From SAR324 cluster bacterium (GTDB taxonomy: Bacteria > SAR324 > NAC60-12), in NCBI GenBank assembly GCA_014382365.1, contig JACNJW010000049.1, positions 1,830-65,829 of the forward strand: a DNA stretch of 64,000 nucleotides. Direction: 5' to 3'. Under the pieces are notes generated by a model, which worked only from the letters and a program-made list of their open reading frames with translations, made no database searches and had not been told where the DNA came from. The position numbers were made by a program, and so were the translations under genes. Shown piece by piece: positions 48,623 to 57,003 of this stretch. The stretch's first letter is position 1. Every line of letters begins with the position of its first letter.

Positions 48623-49516
48623 ATGAAAAATACCATCTTGATTGTTGGTGCAACAGGAATGTTAGGAGAACCCGTTGCTCGGCGCTTGAAGGAAGATGGC
48701 TTCTCTGTGCGCATCATGGCAAGAGAAATTGATAAAGCACGGGAGCTGTTTGATGAGTCTTTCGAGATTGTAAAGGGAGACGTAATGAATACCGATAGCA
48801 TGGAATCAGCTTTCAATGGCTGCTTTGGTGTTCATGTAAGTCTTTCAGGGGAGATAGAACAAGTGGGTACGGAGAATGTCGCTTCTGCGGCTCGCAGAAA
48901 AGGACTTGAGCGGATTACATATATTTCGGGAACATCAGTTACAGAAGATACTGCATGGTTTCCCCAGACCAAACGAAAGCTCCTGGCTGAAAAAGCTATA
49001 AGAGAAAGCGGGGTTCCCTATTGCATTTTTTGTCCAACATGGTTCATGGAGTCCCTGCCAAAATGGGTGAAAGGGTCCAAGGCCTTTGTATTTGGAAAGC
49101 AGCCTAATTTATACCATTTGGTAGCCGCTGATGATTACTCAAGAATGGTTTCTACTTCTTATCAGCTTGAGGAAGCCGCAAACAAGAGGCTATTTATTCA
49201 TGGTCCGGAGGGTTTCCTTTTTCATGACGCCCTAAGGAAATATTGCTCTGTGTTCCATCCCGAAATCACGAAACTATCAACAATGCCATACTGGCTTGCA
49301 AGCATTATAGCTACTTTAGGTAGCAAGAAAGAGATGAAATTTGCAAGTGGATTGATGGCATTTTTTGAGAAAGTTGGTGAAAGAGAAGATCCAACCGAAG
49401 CTAATCGTATTTTGGGCGAGCCAAAAATAGTATTAGATGAATGGCTTGGGGAAACAAAGACCAATTCGGTGAAGGCTAACATAAAAATCCAGCCGACGCA
49501 AAAGGCGCGCGGCTGA
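48623..49516 (+). CDS. NmrA-like/atypical SDR NAD(P)H-binding protein
   Basis: ILIVGATGMLG Rossmann motif, KGDV, AEKAIRESG.PY.I..PTWFMESL; the C-terminus reads into the attC. Confidence 0.85.
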   Translation: MKNTILIVGATGMLGEPVARRLKEDGFSVRIMAREIDKARELFDESFEIVKGDVMNTDSMESAFNGCFGVHVSLSGEIEQVGTENVASAARRKGLERITYISGTSVTEDTAWFPQTKRKLLAEKAIRESGVPYCIFCPTWFMESLPKWVKGSKAFVFGKQPNLYHLVAADDYSRMVSTSYQLEEAANKRLFIHGPEGFLFHDALRKYCSVFHPEITKLSTMPYWLASIIATLGSKKEMKFASGLMAFFEKVGEREDPTEANRILGEPKIVLDEWLGETKTNSVKANIKIQPTQKARG

Positions 49517-49531
49517 AACGCTACGTTACTC
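49474..49531 (+). repeat. attC recombination site (58 bp)
   Basis: GGCTAAC-ATAAAAATC-CAGCCG-ACGCAAAAGGCGCG-CGGCTG-AAACGCTAC-GTTACTC. Confidence 0.7.
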
Positions 49532-49563
49532 GGAACACACACCTTTTGAGATGATAAACACAA

Positions 49564-50202
49564 ATGTTTGATTACACTATAGCCCATTGGGGCGCTTTCT
49601 TTACTGCAGCGATTTTATTGAACCTCTCACCAGGACCTGATATCGTTTTTATTCTTGCACAAACAGCAAAAAATGGTCAACGTTCCGGATTTTCCGCCAT
49701 GTTTGGAATTTGGAGCGGTGCTTTTTTGCATGTGTTGCTGGCGACGGTTGGGTTATCAGCTGTTTTAGCTACATCAGCTACTGCTTTTTCATTCGTAAAA
49801 TGGGTTGGTGCGTTGTATCTAATCTGGTTAGGTATTCAGTCTTTTAGATCAGATGGTGCGACTTATTCCTCCGATACAGAAGTAAAGCAATTATCGAACA
49901 TCAAGATTTTTCAACAAGGTATTTTAGTGGCAGTACTGAATCCTAAAGTTGCAGTATTCTTTCTAGCCTTCCTGCCTCAATTTGTGGTTGATGGTGCAGG
50001 TCCAGTCAGAGCTCAGTTGTTTCTACATGGATCACTGATCATTGTAGTTGCGGCATTCATCGAACCTCCTTTGGTTATTCTAGGAGCAAATTTATCGAGA
50101 TATCTCAGCCAAAATTCTCGGGTTGCTGCTTGGATGGACCGTGGTTTAGGCTCATTATTCATTGGTTTAGGTGTTCGTTTGGCCTTAAGTGAGCGTTCGT
50201 GA
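49564..50202 (+). CDS. LysE/RhtB family amino-acid exporter
   Basis: SPGPD, KWVGALYLIWLG, LNPKVAVFFLAFLPQF. Confidence 0.9.
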   Translation: MFDYTIAHWGAFFTAAILLNLSPGPDIVFILAQTAKNGQRSGFSAMFGIWSGAFLHVLLATVGLSAVLATSATAFSFVKWVGALYLIWLGIQSFRSDGATYSSDTEVKQLSNIKIFQQGILVAVLNPKVAVFFLAFLPQFVVDGAGPVRAQLFLHGSLIIVVAAFIEPPLVILGANLSRYLSQNSRVAAWMDRGLGSLFIGLGVRLALSERS

Positions 50203-50350
50203 ATCAAGTGTACTAACAAGTGCAAGTGGTTTGACAATAAGATACTAAGAAAAAATATTTGTACAATCCACTTCGTAATATTTACTCAAGTTAACATTGT
50301 AGATCTGCTTGGAAAAACCTTTCTTAAGACTATTGCTCAACGAAAAAACA

Positions 50351-51613
50351 ATGAAAAACTTAGAACGAGACGATCCTCAAATTCTTGAATTAATTTTGCA
50401 AGAAGAAGAAAGAATAGAAAACACCATAGATCTTGTCTCATCTGAAACTCATACCCCCAAGTCGATTCTTGAGGAAATGGGGTCAGTGCTGAATCATAAA
50501 ACGATAGAGGGTTATCCCGGGAAGCGCTACCACGCCGGTTGTGAGTATGTTGATGTTATTGAAAATCTGGCTATTGACAGAATGAAAGAACTCTTTCAAG
50601 CAGAACATGCGAATGTTCAGCCTCATACAGGTTCGGCTGCCAACTTTGCTGTCTATTTTTCGGCCCTTGATGTTGGTGATAAGATTTTAGCGATGAATCT
50701 TTCTCACGGAGGCCATTTGACACATGGTCACTTTGCCTCGGTCACCAGTAAGTGTTTTAATTTTCAGCATTATAATGTTGATTTAGAAACTGAGTTAATC
50801 GATTATGAGGCTTTGGCAGTGCAGGCTAAAGAAGTCAGACCAAAAATGATAGTGGCCGGCGCCAGTTCATATCCGAGACTGATTGATTATGAAAGGATGT
50901 CGAAAATAGCCAAGTCAGTAGGTGCGTTCCTGTTTGTTGATATGGCACATATTGCAGGTTTGGTTGCCGCCGGACTGATTCCAAGTCCGGTTAGCTATGC
51001 CGACTTTGTTTCATTTACTACATTTAAAACTATGACAGGCGGCAGAGGAGGAGTTATTCTTTGCAAAAAAGAATATGCTGATGCAGTTGATAAAGCTGTA
51101 TTTCCGGGAACCCAGGGAACAAGTGCAGTCAGTAATATTGCAGGAAAAGCAACAATTGCGAAACTTGCTAAAGAAGCTAATTTTATTGATGTACAACGCA
51201 AAACTCTTGACAACGCGAAATTGCTTGCTGCAGAACTTGCAGAAAAAAATTATCGTTTAGTTGGTGGAGGAACAGATACCCATCAAGTTGTCGTTGATGT
51301 TACCACCAAAGGGTTGAGTGGTTCACTAGCAGAAAAAACCCTTGAATCGATAGGAATTATTACTAACAGAAACTATATTCCTAAAGATACGGGAAAAAGT
51401 GCCAGCGGCTTACGCCTTGGGACAGGCCCAATATCTGTTAGAGGAATCGAAAAGGAAAATGTTATTCAAATTGCAAATATAATTGATAAGGCCTTGATGA
51501 ATGGAGATAATCAGCAAGTGCTGGAAAAATTAAAGACAGAAGTTTCTGAAATATGCAAACAATTTCCTGTTTACAATAAAACTGATGCAGTTTATAGTAA
51601 CCGAATAGACTAG
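50351..51613 (+). CDS. glyA: Serine hydroxymethyltransferase family protein with divergent active-site motifs
   Basis: EGYPGKRY, NVQPH, HGGHLTHG, DMAHIAGLVAAG, PLP Lys in TTFKT, SGLRLGT; ATG 50351. Confidence 0.8.
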   Translation: MKNLERDDPQILELILQEEERIENTIDLVSSETHTPKSILEEMGSVLNHKTIEGYPGKRYHAGCEYVDVIENLAIDRMKELFQAEHANVQPHTGSAANFAVYFSALDVGDKILAMNLSHGGHLTHGHFASVTSKCFNFQHYNVDLETELIDYEALAVQAKEVRPKMIVAGASSYPRLIDYERMSKIAKSVGAFLFVDMAHIAGLVAAGLIPSPVSYADFVSFTTFKTMTGGRGGVILCKKEYADAVDKAVFPGTQGTSAVSNIAGKATIAKLAKEANFIDVQRKTLDNAKLLAAELAEKNYRLVGGGTDTHQVVVDVTTKGLSGSLAEKTLESIGIITNRNYIPKDTGKSASGLRLGTGPISVRGIEKENVIQIANIIDKALMNGDNQQVLEKLKTEVSEICKQFPVYNKTDAVYSNRID

Positions 51614-51665
51614 CGTTTCAGTAAATTATTTTTGCAACAATAAATTTTAAAATCAGGAGGTACAA

Positions 51666-51983
51666 TTGGCTAAATACGTTATTGTTTATCTGGGTGGAAA
51701 TCAACCAACCACACCAGAGGAAGGTCAGCAGCATATGGCGAAATATATGGAATGGCTGTCAGCATTGGGAGAATCAGCAATTAGTCCTGCTAATCCACTC
51801 AAGAACACAAGTACAGTGAAATCTGATGGAACTGTTAGTTCCGGAGGAACAACGACAATGTCTGGTTACACCATAATAGAAGCAGAATCTATGGAGTCAG
51901 CACTTTCTACCGCCAAGGCCTGCCCTTTTCTTGAAATTGGAGGTACGCTGGAAGTTTCAGAATTAATGCAGATGCCGGGTTAA
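51666..51983 (+). CDS. YCII-related domain protein
   Basis: TTG start after AGGAGG; SGYTIIEAESMESA...AKACP...GGTLEV pattern. Confidence 0.75.
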   Translation: MAKYVIVYLGGNQPTTPEEGQQHMAKYMEWLSALGESAISPANPLKNTSTVKSDGTVSSGGTTTMSGYTIIEAESMESALSTAKACPFLEIGGTLEVSELMQMPG

Positions 51984-52035
51984 TAATTATTTTATTAAAA
52001 TTCAGGGGCCGAAAATGCTCTCATAAAATATTCTG

Positions 52036-52080
52036 AAAGCTGTCTCGTTCTCACTGTTGAGCGGGACGGCTTTTATTTTT
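52036..52080 (+). terminator. Rho-independent terminator
   Basis: AAAGCTGTCTCGTTC/GAGCGGGACGGCTTT stem with G-U pairs, followed by a T-run. Confidence 0.6.
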
Positions 52081-52118
52081 TGAGCTACAATATGGTATTT
52101 TCCTATGAGGAGTAGTAT

Positions 52119-52526
52119 ATGATTTGGGCACGTATCAACACAGTCGTCTTTCTATTGTTACTAAACTTTTCGTTATCGGCCTCTGGTACTGAGCTCCCTC
52201 CAAAAATTATGCTGGACGGTATGTCCTTTCAGGGAGAACTCAAGGTGGTAAATGGATTCTTTACATGGATAAGTGTTGATGACACCATTGTATTCGAAGA
52301 AGGTAACTTCTTTTGGAGCTCAGGTGTGGATGGTGGCTATAAACCTGTTCCTTATAAAATTGAGCTAAAGAATGCAAAAATAATTTTCACGGTGCACTCT
52401 GGTCGTGAAGAAGGAGATTACGTAGATTGGACAGGTTTCTATGATGGAGGATCTCTTGATAACGTTACTGCAGTTTGGACCAGGGTGGAAAAAATTATTT
52501 TTATGATCTTTTGTTGCCACCTATAG
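52119..52526 (+). CDS. Hypothetical exported protein (possible 3' frameshift)
   Basis: RBS GAGGAG, signal peptide, beta-rich sequence; an alternative frame after the A6 run continues to a stop at 52552. Confidence 0.6.
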   Translation: MIWARINTVVFLLLLNFSLSASGTELPPKIMLDGMSFQGELKVVNGFFTWISVDDTIVFEEGNFFWSSGVDGGYKPVPYKIELKNAKIIFTVHSGREEGDYVDWTGFYDGGSLDNVTAVWTRVEKIIFMIFCCHL

Positions 52527-52619
52527 TGATCTTCAAATTTGTAGCGGAGTAAATTGAGTCAAACAGACTAGTCTACTCAAGGTTATTGATTTTAAAAGTA
52601 ATTGCAAAATAGAGAAATA

Positions 52620-53132
52620 ATGATGAACAAAACAATTGCGGTGATTGGCAGTTCGAGGAGAAATGGCAACACAGGAAAACTGATTGACTTGATTGCCGCA
52701 GATTTGAAAATAGATGTTATTGATTTAACTACAAAAAATATTTCTCCTTATGATTATGATCATCAAAACATTGGTGATGATTATTTGCTGTTAATGGATC
52801 ATCTCTTAAAATTTGAAAATATAATTTTCGTTTCACCGGTATATTGGTATTCCATGAGTGCTCAGATGAAAATTTTCATTGATAGAATGTCTGATTTATT
52901 GGCCCTTGAAGAATTAAAGGACAGAGGCAGGAAACTTAGAACCAAGACAGGATATGTGGTTAGTACTTCCATAAGTGAACAGGTTGAAGATTCATTCATT
53001 GACTCGTTTAAAAATACCTTTGCATATTTAGGGATGAATTACGGCGGTTTTATTCATGTTGACTGCAAAGATGGTTTTAAACCGGAAAGTTGCCGCAGCG
53101 ATGTTGAAGATTTTGTAAATAAATTTAAATAA
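52620..53132 (+). CDS. Flavodoxin-fold NAD(P)H-dependent FMN reductase family protein
   Basis: GSSRRNGNT, SPVYWYSMSAQMKIFIDR. Confidence 0.88.
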   Translation: MMNKTIAVIGSSRRNGNTGKLIDLIAADLKIDVIDLTTKNISPYDYDHQNIGDDYLLLMDHLLKFENIIFVSPVYWYSMSAQMKIFIDRMSDLLALEELKDRGRKLRTKTGYVVSTSISEQVEDSFIDSFKNTFAYLGMNYGGFIHVDCKDGFKPESCRSDVEDFVNKFK

Positions 53133-53144
53133 TATGGAGAAAAA

Positions 53145-53987
53145 ATGAAACATCAGGAAGGGGTTTTTAAAGGAGTTCGGGATAACAGCATTTTTTACCA
53201 ATACTGGTTACCGGATGGAGAGCCAAAAGCAATCTTATTGGTTGTTCATGGACTGGCTGAACACTGTGGCAGATATATGAACCTAGTCAATTATTTTGTT
53301 CCTGCAGGTTTTGCGGTATTTGGACTTGATCACATTGGACATGGGAAATCGGCGGGAGAAAGAGTGTACGTGGAAAGTTTTGAAGATTATACACAAACTC
53401 TCAAAGAATATCTGGCTATGATCCATGAGTGGCAACCGGCAAAACAAGTGTTTTTATTTGGTCACAGTATGGGTGGCTTAATTGCTGCTGCGTATCTGCT
53501 GGAAAATCAGGATGAATTTTCTGGTGTAGTGCTTTCCGGACCAAGTATTAAAGTGCCTGCCAATATCTCAAAAGCCACTATCATGATTGCAAATTTGCTT
53601 TCAATTCTGATTCCCAAAGCAGGACTAGTTAAATTGGAAGCTGATGGTATCAGCAGTGATCCGGAAGTTGTGGAGGCCTATATCAATGATAATTTGGTGT
53701 ACTCCGGTAAAACCACAGCACGACTTGGCGCTGAATTGATCAAAACCATGAAAAACGTTACAGCAGAAGCAGCAAAGATTAGTTTGCCTTTGATGGTTGT
53801 GCAGGGTAGTGCAGACATTTTAGTAGATCCCAGTGGTGCCCAGTTGATTTATGATTTGGTAAGCTCTGAAGATAAAACAATAAAAATTTATGAAGGATTT
53901 TTCCACGAAGTCTTCAATGAACCAAAGCATGAGTTGGTTCTTAATGATATCGGAACATGGCTTGAAAAACATCTCGGCACAGAATAA
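53145..53987 (+). CDS. Alpha/beta hydrolase, lysophospholipase/monoacylglycerol lipase family
   Basis: VHGLAEH, DHIGHGKS, nucleophile GHSMGG, QGSAD, FHEVFNE. Confidence 0.9.
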   Translation: MKHQEGVFKGVRDNSIFYQYWLPDGEPKAILLVVHGLAEHCGRYMNLVNYFVPAGFAVFGLDHIGHGKSAGERVYVESFEDYTQTLKEYLAMIHEWQPAKQVFLFGHSMGGLIAAAYLLENQDEFSGVVLSGPSIKVPANISKATIMIANLLSILIPKAGLVKLEADGISSDPEVVEAYINDNLVYSGKTTARLGAELIKTMKNVTAEAAKISLPLMVVQGSADILVDPSGAQLIYDLVSSEDKTIKIYEGFFHEVFNEPKHELVLNDIGTWLEKHLGTE

Positions 53988-54094
53988 TGCAATAAAGCCG
54001 GCAAATAATGACAATTGTGGTGATAAAAATATAAGTCCTGATTGTTGATCAGGTAACATAATTTCAGCATAACTGTACTCAATCTTTTCATAAC

Positions 54095-55489
54095 ATGAAA
54101 AATTCAAAAAACAAGTTGCCTGCAGCTTCAGAAGGAGAAAGCAACATCTCAGCAATGCGTACGGAATGGGAGGAAAACAACCATAATTCAAAAACAAGAA
54201 CAATACTTAAGGAAGATGCCAGTTACTTTCTCAGCCAATCCGTATCCAGTCCCTGTTTATCTGTGATCAGTAAAGCAGAAGGTGCTTACATCGAAGATAC
54301 AAACGGTCGTCGTTATCTTGATTTTCACGGCAATAATGTGCATCACATCGGCTACGGTCATCCCAAACTGAAAAAAGCGATTTCAGAACAAATGGATTCT
54401 CTGCCTTTTGCACCGCGAAGATTTGCCTGTGAATCCGCACTTGCGCTTGCAAAGAAACTGGTTGAAATTGCTCCAGGCGATCTTTCCAAGGTCTTATTCA
54501 CGACAGGAGGATCGGATGCGATTGAGGTGGCACTGAAAATTTCACGAGCGGCGACCGGTCGGCACAAAACAATTTCATTTTGGGATGCCTTTCATGGAGC
54601 AGGATTTGGAGCAGCTTCCGTTGGTGGAGAACAACTTTTCCGTTCACATCTTATCGGTCCGCTGCTTTCCGGAACAGAGCATGTGGCGCCTTTTGCCTGT
54701 TACCGCTGTCCATACGGTTATCCAGACCTGAATGGTGAAGCGCAACTTGAAATCTGCCAGACTACCTGTGCCAATTTTGTCCGCTATGTACTGGAAAAGG
54801 AAGGGGATGTGGCTGCTGTGATTGCAGAACCGGCGAGGGCAGTACCATACATTCCACCACCCGGATACTGGAAAATGGTGAGGCAGGCCTGCAATGATCA
54901 TGGAACTTTGTTGATCTTTGATGAGATTCCGACTGGTCTTGGCAAGACAGGTAAAATGTTTGCCTGCGAACATGAAGACGTGGTTCCTGATATGCTGGTT
55001 TTAGGAAAAGCTCTTGGTGGTGGAATTTTACCTGTTGCTGCCGTACTTGCCAAAGCTGAACTTGATGTTGGCGGCGAGTTTGCCTTTGGACATTATACTC
55101 ATGAAAAAAATCCTGTAACCGCAAAAGCCGCCCTGACGACTATTAAAATAATCGAGCAGGAAGGCATGGTTGAGAATGCTGAGGTACAAGGGAAATATTT
55201 GCTTGAAAAACTCAACCTGTTGAAAACTAAACACAGTACAATAGGAGATGTCCGCGGGCGCGGATTATTGATTGGAGTTGAACTTGTGCTCAATCAGAAA
55301 GAAAAAACTCCGGCTAACGAATTGGCGGAAGCTGTACTGTATCGCTGTCTCAGCAAGGGGCTGTCATTTAAACTTACAATGGGCAATGTGATGACGCTCA
55401 CACCTCCATTGATGATCAATAAAGAGCAAATAGATATAGCTTTGGAAATCATTGAGCAAAGCCTGAGTGAGGCAGAACAGACACTCTGA
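54095..55489 (+). CDS. pbfA: Class III PLP enzyme, PbfA-like (R)-1-hydroxy-2-aminoethylphosphonate ammonia-lyase
   Basis: N-terminal SEG..N....R..W, FL.Q..S.PCL, DFHGNNVH..GYGHP, FDEIPTGLG, LGKALGGG, GHYTHEKNP. Confidence 0.7.
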   Translation: MKNSKNKLPAASEGESNISAMRTEWEENNHNSKTRTILKEDASYFLSQSVSSPCLSVISKAEGAYIEDTNGRRYLDFHGNNVHHIGYGHPKLKKAISEQMDSLPFAPRRFACESALALAKKLVEIAPGDLSKVLFTTGGSDAIEVALKISRAATGRHKTISFWDAFHGAGFGAASVGGEQLFRSHLIGPLLSGTEHVAPFACYRCPYGYPDLNGEAQLEICQTTCANFVRYVLEKEGDVAAVIAEPARAVPYIPPPGYWKMVRQACNDHGTLLIFDEIPTGLGKTGKMFACEHEDVVPDMLVLGKALGGGILPVAAVLAKAELDVGGEFAFGHYTHEKNPVTAKAALTTIKIIEQEGMVENAEVQGKYLLEKLNLLKTKHSTIGDVRGRGLLIGVELVLNQKEKTPANELAEAVLYRCLSKGLSFKLTMGNVMTLTPPLMINKEQIDIALEIIEQSLSEAEQTL

Positions 55490-55525
55490 AATGCGAGAAA
55501 TGAAAACTAAACAAATGAGGAATTA

Positions 55526-56017
55526 ATGATAAAATTATTATATATTTCCATAATATTGACAGTCAGCTTTTTGGTTCCATTTGAGTTATTATCTTCGGAA
55601 AAGCAGCCGACTGTTCGAATGCGCGTACTGGCCTCTCACATTGCAAATAAAATCGTGACTGCAGCAGTTAGTGTCTGTGCTAAAAGAGGTTATCTGGTTT
55701 CTGCAGCAGTTGTGGACCGAAATGGTAATCTTGCTGCTTTTTTGCGGAACCCACTCTCCGGACCACATACGATTAAAGTTAGTCAACGCAAGGCTTACTC
55801 AGCTGCAACTCTGAGAGCCTCTACTAAACAAATGGCAGCCAGAAGTGACCTCAATTTTGCACCGGATATTTTGTTAATTGTTGGTGGAGTTCCAATTAAA
55901 TTTTCAGGCAAATTTTATGGAGGGGTTGCTGTTGCAGGTGCAAAGCCAGAAATCGATGAAGAATGTGCGCAGGCCGGAATTGATGCAGTTGCAGATATTA
56001 TGGATTTTGCAGACTGA
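55526..56017 (+). CDS. Exported GlcG/HbpS-family heme-binding protein
   Basis: Signal peptide; VSAAVVDRNG, RKAYSA, GGVPI, GGVAVAG, DEECAQAGI. Confidence 0.85.
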   Translation: MIKLLYISIILTVSFLVPFELLSSEKQPTVRMRVLASHIANKIVTAAVSVCAKRGYLVSAAVVDRNGNLAAFLRNPLSGPHTIKVSQRKAYSAATLRASTKQMAARSDLNFAPDILLIVGGVPIKFSGKFYGGVAVAGAKPEIDEECAQAGIDAVADIMDFAD

Positions 56018-56055
56018 ATTTAAAAAACATTATTTAAAGAAAAATCAATAATTAA

Positions 56056-56793
56056 TTATTCCGGTTTTTTTGCAAGAGATAGAATTTGTTTCCGGACTTC
56101 CTGCATTAGAATATCCCGTTCTGCTTCGGAATAATTTGCAGCATCAATTGGAGTTCCAACATGAGCTTCAATCTTTTGTCCTAAACTAAAATCCCAACTG
56201 TCCGGTGGCATTATTCTTTCCGTTCCTCTAATACCAACTGGAATAATGATCGATTCTGTCTGAATTGCAAGCATAAATCCACCCTTTTTAAATTCTCTCA
56301 GCTTAGCATCGCGGCTCCTGGTGCCTTCAGGTGCAACATAAATCATGACTCCACTCTTCATTTTGTCTTTGGCAGTTTCCATTGATTCCATTGATTTTTC
56401 ATGATCAGAACGGTCAATCGAAATAAATTCTGCAGTTTTCATGGCTCTGCCCCAAAGAGGAATCCGAAAGAGTTCTTTTTTTCCTATCATTCGTAAACTG
56501 CTGCCTTCCGGAATTGACATATACAATAACGGAATGTCGTAGTAACTTTGATGGTTACTCATTAAAATATAACTGCGTCCGGATTCCAGTTTGAGGGGAG
56601 TATTGTTCTGGACTTTGTAGCTGGCCTGAACTAATGTGAGTACTTGTCGGGCCCAGGAGTGCAGCATTTTGTTGGCTGTCTCTCTGCTCAACATTCCTTT
56701 ATATGCAGATGTCAGTGCGAGAAAACTTATTCTGAGTGTATAATATATTGCAGAAAAAAGTATCAGGAGTCTTTTGAAAAAATGTTCTTTCAT
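56056..56793 (-). CDS. plsC: 1-acyl-sn-glycerol-3-phosphate acyltransferase
   Basis: NHQSYYD, KKEL, FISIDR, PEGTRS, FKKG. Confidence 0.9.
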   Translation of the reverse strand: MKEHFFKRLLILFSAIYYTLRISFLALTSAYKGMLSRETANKMLHSWARQVLTLVQASYKVQNNTPLKLESGRSYILMSNHQSYYDIPLLYMSIPEGSSLRMIGKKELFRIPLWGRAMKTAEFISIDRSDHEKSMESMETAKDKMKSGVMIYVAPEGTRSRDAKLREFKKGGFMLAIQTESIIIPVGIRGTERIMPPDSWDFSLGQKIEAHVGTPIDAANYSEAERDILMQEVRKQILSLAKKPE

Positions 56794-57003
56794 CCTCTAA
56801 TGATCGCTCAACATTTGTTTATTCTCAAGTTGGATCTGGATAAAGTACTTTGGGTTAGTCTTAGCTGTTTTCTTATAAAGTCATAAATAATTTGATTGAA
56901 TTTGAAAAAATGAATATTATAAGAAATTAATAACAAATTGATACTGATTACATACTTTTAACTTTAACTGTGGTAGTAGAATTAGCACCTTGGTACAAGG
57001 TGC

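Larger units (their letters stand above)
48572..49531 (+). mobile_element. Integron gene-cassette relic (single gene plus attC)
   Basis: 5' boundary (A)TTAGCC at 48572-48578 is complementary to R'' GGCTAAC at 49474-49480; attC stem CAGCCG...CGGCTG; R'-like GTTACTC at 49525-49531. Confidence 0.65.
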
